Below are positions 57,508 through 64,000 of a stretch of DNA of 64,000 bases, piece after piece (within the stretch, counting starts at the first letter, position 1; the number at the start of each line of letters is the position of its first letter). Source of the DNA: Naegleria gruberi (Eukaryota); NCBI GenBank assembly GCA_000004985.1, contig GG738866.1; one strand, 5' to 3'. A program made the translations under genes and the position numbers. Below the pieces are notes generated by a model. The model did no database searches. It saw only the letters and a list, made by a program, of their open reading frames with translations, and was not told the DNA's origin.

Positions 57508-58305
57508 ATGTCAAATTCTTCATCCAATGAAATCCAACCACACGTTCAAGCCATTTCCAATCTTTCCGATAGAATCGCATCCACAATAACACCTCTTGAG
57601 AATCATGTAAATGATCATCTCTCCAAGGAACAATTAATTTCCATATTTTTCCATGATGAATCCGAGTATCAGTCCTCAACTTTGCAATATACGGCTCCTT
57701 TCAAGGCTACAATTAGAATTTGTACACCTCCGAACGATCAAGAATCTTGTATTATTAATTCATCGGAAGAGTTTCATCTCTATGTGATGAGTGAGCACTT
57801 GTTATTGTTTAATATGGTACATGCTTACAAGATTCACTTTTCTGATATTCTAATGCATGGTGTTCAGAAACAACCACAAATTTGTATGTATTGTCAATTG
57901 GCTTGTGATAGTGGAGTTGCCAAAGATGAAAAGGATGAATCACAAATGGATGAAGATGATGATGAAGGATTTGAAAGTGTTTGTGAAATGATTATTCAAT
58001 TGCAAGTTCAATCATCAGCTTTGGAACAAATTTATAATCAAATGTATCAGGCCTTTTCGAGAGCTGCTGAAAATGTACCTCTCTCTGATATGCAAGATGA
58101 TGATGAAAGTAATTCCATTAAATTTGATCCAAAATCATTGGATGATAAATTGAGCATTAGCACTGATGGATGGATTTATAATGTTGAGGAAATGAGAAGG
58201 GGTGTTCTTATTAGAGATCGTACTGAAAGAGAGGAAGATGATGACGAAGATGGATGGGAGGATGTGGATGAAGAGGATGAAAAGAATAAGAAATTGAAAA
58301 TGTAA
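57508..58305 (+). CDS. Acidic protein, possibly pICln (methylosome subunit)-like
   Basis: 265-aa ORF with AAAAAAAATG start; HLYVMSEH…, central and C-terminal acidic tracts (MDEDDDEGFE; EREEDDDEDGWEDVDEEDE) loosely resemble pICln organisation. Confidence 0.3.
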   Translation: MSNSSSNEIQPHVQAISNLSDRIASTITPLENHVNDHLSKEQLISIFFHDESEYQSSTLQYTAPFKATIRICTPPNDQESCIINSSEEFHLYVMSEHLLLFNMVHAYKIHFSDILMHGVQKQPQICMYCQLACDSGVAKDEKDESQMDEDDDEGFESVCEMIIQLQVQSSALEQIYNQMYQAFSRAAENVPLSDMQDDDESNSIKFDPKSLDDKLSISTDGWIYNVEEMRRGVLIRDRTEREEDDDEDGWEDVDEEDEKNKKLKM

Positions 58306-58580
58306 ATGAAATTCTTGTTGTTGCCTTCTATCCAATTAGTTTTTTAATGCTTCTGCACAAATTTAACTCATTCTTTAATCATCAGTCAGCAACAGATTTC
58401 ATTGTTATAATTTTTAATAATATGAGGATGAAAAGAACAGAGGAGATAATAGTTCTATAAATTAATTACTATTTAATTTATTATTATTACAAATATTGTA
58501 CATGGTGTATGCCACTTTGTTGGCACTACTACTGCTATATTATACAAGGAAGAAGTGTGAAATTATTAGAATTATTACGT

Positions 58581-58757
58581 TTAGAATACCATTCCAATAA
58601 CAGCCAAGATGGCAATCAACAACATGGCAGTGAATCCTTGTTCAGCAGCACCAGCATAAACTTCAGATTCGTAATATTGAGCATTAATTGGTGAGGCAAA
58701 GAAGAACATGATACAAGCCAAGAGCATCATGACAATCATAGTTTGTTGGGCAGACAT
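58581..58757 (-). CDS. Small hydrophobic micro-protein (58 aa, two predicted TM segments); not in the ORF track (below the 60-aa cut-off)
   Basis: MSAQQTMIVMMLLACIMFFFASPINAQYYESEVYAGAAEQGFTAMLLIAILAVIGMVF; preferred codons; lies in an otherwise empty 1.2-kb gap. Confidence 0.3.
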   Translation of the reverse strand: MSAQQTMIVMMLLACIMFFFASPINAQYYESEVYAGAAEQGFTAMLLIAILAVIGMVF

Positions 58758-59529
58758 TTTTGAGTTTTAATTGAGAGTTTGAATTATTGAATTGTTTTTT
58801 TGTTTGTTGTTATTGAGTGAATCAACGGCAATAGTAGCTTCATTTATAGGGTTGGCAAGTAGTCTATCAACAATTTAATTTACAATAATAGAAGGGCAAT
58901 GCACAAAGAAGATGTCTAACTAAATCCATTGCAAAGTTTAATTTGGTTACCGTGTTCTATACTTGGTAAAGTAGAATCATTAATGGAAATCAAGGTTTTT
59001 TGAAGGGATACCTTGAAAAAGTGTTCGGCAATTGAATTTGTGTTGCCGTGAAAATCTATGCTTGAATGAGGAGTCCTTAAAGTTCGATCCGAGTGAGCTT
59101 TTCTTTCCAATAACTGTAAATTCCTATTGAGGGGATTTAAATTGTCAATTTATTAATAATAAAATACTCTATTAATAAATAATAAATGCTCGAAAGTATT
59201 ATTGTTACAATGCTTTACAATGCCAATCTGAATTGAGAGGCATGAACTGTAAATTTGGTTATTCTGTTCGAATGATTGGAGCGACACATATACCACGTTC
59301 ACTGACACTCTTCAATTTCAAGAGCAGTTGGAGAAATAGATTCAAGTTCGAACAATTACAGTTGTTTTGAAGAATCTGCTCAGATCCATATTACTCCTCT
59401 CACTTCTGTAATAATTTGCAAGGAAAATCCAATCATAATGATAATTCTTGTTGTTAATACAGGTTTTATGAGAAGGTCAAAAGAGTTGAAAGATAGATTG
59501 TGGCAATAAATGTATTACTTTCATTTGGT

Positions 59530-60723
59530 TCAACAACAATTTCTGTGAACAATTGATGGACCAACATCGTCATAATCTTGTTTTGAAATGTAATTCTGTT
59601 GGGTTTCAGAGGATGCCATTATTGAACCACCAATCCAACTGAGGTAATGTCTTTCTGGTGGGGCAGTAACCTTGATACTCATGGAAACAGGGGCTAAACT
59701 ACATAATTCCCTTTGCAATCTTTCTCCAATACCTTCAAACATGGTATTTCCACCACTAAGCACAATGTTGTTGAATAGATCTGGTCTCAATTCAAGGTTA
59801 CACTTTCCAATTGATTTAAATATCATTTCATGAATTCCACCCTCATCCAATCCTATTGATTCTGGATGAAACAATACTTCTGGACATCTGAATCTTTCAC
59901 TTTCAATCGTGATCATGTTTCCATCTGGTAATTCATATTGTTTCGATTTAAATTGTTCAAGTTCCTTATCAAAATCCAAAGCCACGTAACAAAATTTCTT
60001 AATTTCTGCAGACAACCACCTCTCATTCACATTTACCTTCTTTCCATTACGCTCCAAAAAGCAACGTCCACTTCTTGTCTCAGCCCCATAGCATGGCTCT
60101 TCAAAATACCTCGTCAATTTAAATTTACCCTGTTCGTTTAGAATCTGATATAACCAATCAGACAAATCCTCTCCACCCAATTCCAATCTAGAAACTGCAT
60201 GTTTAATAGCACGTCCCTCATGAATTGGAACTGATTGAGTAATTCCACCCCCACTCTCCAACACCACACCAGTTAGACAATCACAAGCTACCATCGACAA
60301 AGCTGCCTGATTTGCCAAACACAACAATGGTACCATAAAAGATTCAAACATGATCTGTGTTGTCTTTTCACGACTTGCCTCATCACTCAACACACTCTCT
60401 GTCACTAATACACCTAGATCCTCAGGATCAGTTCTCAATTCATTGTAAAATATGTGATACCACACCTTCTCCATGCCTTCCCAATCCACAACAGTGCCAC
60501 GTTCGATGGGAAACTTGGCCCACGTTGTACCAATCTTGCAAAATACTTCATCTCCAACTCTCCCAAATTTATCCTTATAACCGAACATGATTGAATTACT
60601 ACTAATCTTGTGATATTCGACAACGGAAGGGAATATGGCGATAGGTGTTTCATCTCCTGCAAAACCTACATTGCACATTGATGATCCACAGTCAATCACT
60701 ACGTTTTGAATAAGTGAAGACAT
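59530..60723 (-). CDS. Divergent actin-like / actin-related protein (397 aa)
   Basis: Actin fold motifs retained (VIDCGSSMCNVGFAGDETP, WIGGSIMAS, GPSIVHRNCC) but about 35-40% identity to actin, with an insertion around residues 200-235. Confidence 0.8.
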   Translation of the reverse strand: MSSLIQNVVIDCGSSMCNVGFAGDETPIAIFPSVVEYHKISSNSIMFGYKDKFGRVGDEVFCKIGTTWAKFPIERGTVVDWEGMEKVWYHIFYNELRTDPEDLGVLVTESVLSDEASREKTTQIMFESFMVPLLCLANQAALSMVACDCLTGVVLESGGGITQSVPIHEGRAIKHAVSRLELGGEDLSDWLYQILNEQGKFKLTRYFEEPCYGAETRSGRCFLERNGKKVNVNERWLSAEIKKFCYVALDFDKELEQFKSKQYELPDGNMITIESERFRCPEVLFHPESIGLDEGGIHEMIFKSIGKCNLELRPDLFNNIVLSGGNTMFEGIGERLQRELCSLAPVSMSIKVTAPPERHYLSWIGGSIMASSETQQNYISKQDYDDVGPSIVHRNCC

Positions 60724-60915
60724 TTTTTCTATTAGTGATCAAAGTTGCAAGTTCATAGGTAATGATGAAGTTGACTTCGGTATTGTATTAAACCCTAATT
60801 TGAAATAGAAAGACAGAAATGGAGTGTTTTTGGCAATATGTCACTGATATCTTACAATTTTTGTACTTTGGAAAGTTTTAAAAACTCTTAATTTTATCGA
60901 AATGAGAATCAACTC

Positions 60916-62097
60916 TTACTTCTTTTCAACAAATTCAGCATCCATAATACCAACATTCATACTAGTACCAGAATCATTTGAAGATAATTCATCGAATGAA
61001 ATTAAAATTTCACCTCCATCAAGTTCTTCCTTTTCTGTTGTGAGAATGTCCAATTTTTTGAATTGTTTCCACTCTCCATATTCATAAGTTGCATGAATAT
61101 CCAAGTAGAGAGGTAAACTCAACTTGTACTCTTTCAAAATTTCATTATCCTCATTAAGTGTCATTCCCAACATTGGTTCTGGTTTGGCATTCTTCAATTG
61201 TTCAATTTCTTTCTCACTCATTTTAACCATAATGAATATTGGTACACGCCTAATCATGGTATTGCCTGCTCCTGAGACCTGTCTTGTTGAAATCATTTGT
61301 GGATCAGTAACGAGTCGAATGAATTTTGAATTGCTGAAACACATCTTATTGGATTCTCCATTATCTCTTTCAACCTTCTCTTTAGAATCATGAAGTGAAA
61401 TACTAAAAGATTCCTTCATAGAGTCACTTCTCTTGATAGCTTCCTCCTTCAATCTTTCATAGACTAATTGATTATTATCCATAAAATTTAAGCAATCTTC
61501 CAATACTTCATCAACCAGACTTGGTTGTCCAGTCATCATATCTCTAAAGAATATTTGTCCCTCTGTGAATTTATCGTTTCTATACAAGGTATTCAAAGAT
61601 TTGACATTTCTCAATGTTGTTCGAGTCATCATTTGTTCCATTTCCTTTAATTTTCTCCTAAATATCATCTTTCCAACAAATAGAGCTCCAAACATTAGAA
61701 TAGATCCAACAATCTTGAAGGGCAATGTAATAATTTTCCATACAAGACTAACCAAAGTGCCCACAAGAGTTCTTTTCTCTGGAAGAAAAGGTCCATCAAA
61801 ACCATGCCCACTTGGATTTCTATAATGTTTAAAATTACGTTTGTTTCTTAAAAACTCTTCAAATCTTGGATCATCAAAAGGCATTCGGAAATTCTTTAAA
61901 TTTGTATGAAAGCACTGTTGTTGAGTAGTTATTGTTGTGTTTCCATTTGTAAGGTTATTATTCTTCTTATTGATTGAATAATGATGATTATTAAATTGAT
62001 TGGATATAAATAATTTGTTAGTGCTATTGCTCGATGATGACAATCCCGACGAAAGAATTTTTGATCGTGATGAGTTAATTCTTCCAAATCGATACAT
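60916..62097 (-). CDS. Hypothetical single-TM protein with a mitochondrial-presequence-like N-terminus (TIM21-like?)
   Basis: N-terminus MYRFGRINSSRSKILSSGLSSSS (Arg/Ser-rich, no acidic residues); TM LVGTLVSLVWKIITLPFKIVGSILMFGALFVG; AAAAAAAATG start. Confidence 0.4.
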   Translation of the reverse strand: MYRFGRINSSRSKILSSGLSSSSNSTNKLFISNQFNNHHYSINKKNNNLTNGNTTITTQQQCFHTNLKNFRMPFDDPRFEEFLRNKRNFKHYRNPSGHGFDGPFLPEKRTLVGTLVSLVWKIITLPFKIVGSILMFGALFVGKMIFRRKLKEMEQMMTRTTLRNVKSLNTLYRNDKFTEGQIFFRDMMTGQPSLVDEVLEDCLNFMDNNQLVYERLKEEAIKRSDSMKESFSISLHDSKEKVERDNGESNKMCFSNSKFIRLVTDPQMISTRQVSGAGNTMIRRVPIFIMVKMSEKEIEQLKNAKPEPMLGMTLNEDNEILKEYKLSLPLYLDIHATYEYGEWKQFKKLDILTTEKEELDGGEILISFDELSSNDSGTSMNVGIMDAEFVEKK

Positions 62098-63275
62098 TTT
62101 TTTTGATTTTTAATTTATTTAATATATAATAGAGTAATATATTTAATATTAAATAATATAATTACAATCATATTTCCAATATTTCCATGATATTTTACAA
62201 TATGTAATATTCACATTATTAATAATTTTTACAATCAAAAATTAGTTTAAAATAACTACTGTTAGGGTTAATTTGTTGAAGAAGAATCAAAAACAATTCC
62301 GATGCCTGACAATACATGCAAAACATTTCCATTAAGCATAAAACCAATCATTCCGATTATGGAAAACCAAGAATAATGGAAAGTAAACAAATTCCTTCAA
62401 CGTTCCTATCTCTCCCGCATTACAATAACAACCTCCAACCTCCTCAATAATGAGAGAATCTATTCATACAACAACCACCTACCTTCTTAACGTACAACAA
62501 TCGAGAGAGAAGTGAGAATATAAATATTTTTAATTTTCTTTCATGCATCTTCATAGTTCTTCATACAACCACAGGAACAACTAGTCCTCATTCAATGAAT
62601 GATTCCGGCTATCCAATATTGAATGATACCTTACTCAAAGTCAGTACCAAATATTCTTCATCTCTACATCATCTTTACGCGGAGCTTCTTTTGTTCTCAT
62701 TTAAAATACCTCCCACTCAATAAGGTGGTGAAAATATTATAAATGAACCCTCAGTTTGTTCTATTTTTAAAACCAAACATCAAAAAAAATCTAGAGACTC
62801 GAACAACACTCCTAATAGTGTAGTAAAAACTCTCCGCGCAAAACAAACCAACGCTTTTTTTTAAACCCTCCTTTTTTCTTTGCTTTGTGCACTTCATCTA
62901 GAGATCTTATTATCTCCTTATAATACTAGATAGAATATACGGCTTTGCAGGCGAGCGATGCAAAAGTTTTTCCATATTAATTGCAAAAAGAATTTGAATT
63001 ATAACCCAAGTAATCATAATAATAGTGATTTTCCAATCATTACCATTAATTATTAATTAATACTCACATTAATATTAATAGTAATACTCTACATTTATTA
63101 ACTATATCAATGCAAAATTGCTCTCTATAAGCATTTCCATTTCATTTAAACTAAACAGTTTTTTTATATATAATATCCATCATAATAGTAGTATATATAT
63201 ATCCACTCTATTATTTTATATTAAATAACCAAACCATATAATTTCATCAATTAACCTCTCAACACTTCATTGAAA

Positions 63276-64000
63276 ATGTCTATTTTAATGATTCCATCAG
63301 TAGAAAACGCAACCAGCTCCAATATTAACAAGAAGAATAGTAGTAGTGGTATCTTGTCCAACGATGTTTTAGCCAAGACCATTCCAACTCCAACCAAGGC
63401 AACAACCAATGTTGTTGAAGTTGGACACGCTGCCGTTACTTCCCCTCAACCAATTGCAGACCAATTTGATATTGTTCTCTTCACTCAAGAGTATGTACAA
63501 CAAGTAGCCGTAGCTCTCTCTGTTGTTTTTGCTCAAGAAGAACCTCTCTGTATTGCCACTCGTACCAATCCAATCAACTTTTTCGCCTACTCTCTTGTCT
63601 ATGCACAACAATGTTGTGATGGCAAGTTGAGCATGTTGGCCATTGACAGAAACTCCAAGATGGTTGTTGGATTCCACTTGTGCCATGACTATGAAACCTG
63701 GGTTGAACCTCACAGTGATGATCCTGGTGTTACTGTTCAAGGTGAATTGCTTGAACGTTTGCATGAAGTTTTTCATGCTAACGAAAAGGCTATTCAAGAA
63801 GAACCAGAATCACCATTCGAATCTCATGGTTCCCCTCGTACTTCATTCGATGGCATCAAAAGCGGCGAAAAGAAGAAGAAGACTATGAAAGTCTGTAGTG
63901 CTGGTGTCTTTGCCTTTGCTCGTAGAATGAGATTGGCTACCAGAATGCTCGAGAAGAACCTCGAATATGCCAAACAACTTGGATACAACGAAGTCCTTGT
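63276..64000 (+). CDS. 5'-complete, 3'-partial ORF running off the window end; hypothetical, possibly a GNAT-type acetyltransferase
   Basis: ATG at 63276, open through base 64000 (241 or more codons) with preferred codons; weak resemblance to the GNAT motif near …VFAFARRMRLATRMLEKNLEYAKQLGYNEV. Confidence 0.35.
   Translation, partial: MSILMIPSVENATSSNINKKNSSSGILSNDVLAKTIPTPTKATTNVVEVGHAAVTSPQPIADQFDIVLFTQEYVQQVAVALSVVFAQEEPLCIATRTNPINFFAYSLVYAQQCCDGKLSMLAIDRNSKMVVGFHLCHDYETWVEPHSDDPGVTVQGELLERLHEVFHANEKAIQEEPESPFESHGSPRTSFDGIKSGEKKKKTMKVCSAGVFAFARRMRLATRMLEKNLEYAKQLGYNEVL

Noticed and set aside
1-64000. Prokaryotic-style novel systems (defence islands, operons, toxin-antitoxin pairs, integrons)
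   Set aside because: The sequence is eukaryotic: spliceosomal introns, monocistronic genes with AAAAATG starts, eukaryote-specific genes (actin, Sec24, TTLL, RGS) and telomere repeats. No Shine-Dalgarno-linked gene clusters are present

Overview
This window is eukaryotic, not prokaryotic. It looks like the left end of a chromosome from an AT-rich unicellular eukaryote (protist or early-diverging fungus). The organism cannot be named from sequence alone.

- **Genome features:** Codon usage (TTG, AGA, GGT, CCA, GCT) and intron consensus (GTAAGT/GTATGT...AG, 42-100 bp) are yeast- or amoeba-like. Start codons sit in an A-rich AAAAATG context. The standard genetic code is used: long uninterrupted ORFs end at TAA or TAG.
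- **Chromosome end (1-5846):** Bases 1-400 and 1006-1388 are two same-orientation arrays of the telomere-type hexamer CCCAAA (G-strand TTTGGG). They are separated by about 550 bp of unique sequence and a 50-N scaffold gap. A gene-free, low-complexity subtelomeric zone of about 4.5 kb follows (1389-5846), with degenerate tandem repeats and a second N gap (2186-2433).
- **Gene-dense region (5.8-64 kb):** About 28 protein-coding genes and 2 tRNA genes.
  - Actin family: two head-to-head, non-canonical actin genes, one of them 3'-truncated with mosaic nucleotide identity to its partner, plus a third divergent actin-like gene.
  - Adhesion and cell surface: a roughly 2260-aa adhesin-like protein built from about 20 cadherin/VCBS-like repeats plus a VWA domain. 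Also a type-II membrane protein combining RCC1 repeats, Kelch repeats and a fibrinogen-like C-terminal domain.
  - Receptor signalling: an RGS-domain protein; a roughly 2180-aa receptor Ser/Thr kinase with NHL repeats, EGF repeats, a GPS-like motif, one TM and the kinase; and a roughly 1600-aa receptor-type class III nucleotidyl cyclase with triplicated periplasmic-binding-protein-like modules.
  - Other recognisable products: Sec24, a tubulin-tyrosine-ligase-like enzyme with a CCCH finger, a PUB-domain protein, a saposin-like secreted protein, a Myb/SANT protein, and an EF-hand protein with a (GM)n tail.
  - Several hypothetical proteins make up the rest.

No CRISPR array, operon or other prokaryotic feature is present. 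The points most worth a second look are the chromosome-end architecture, the actin gene-conversion mosaic, and several unusual domain architectures in surface and signalling proteins.
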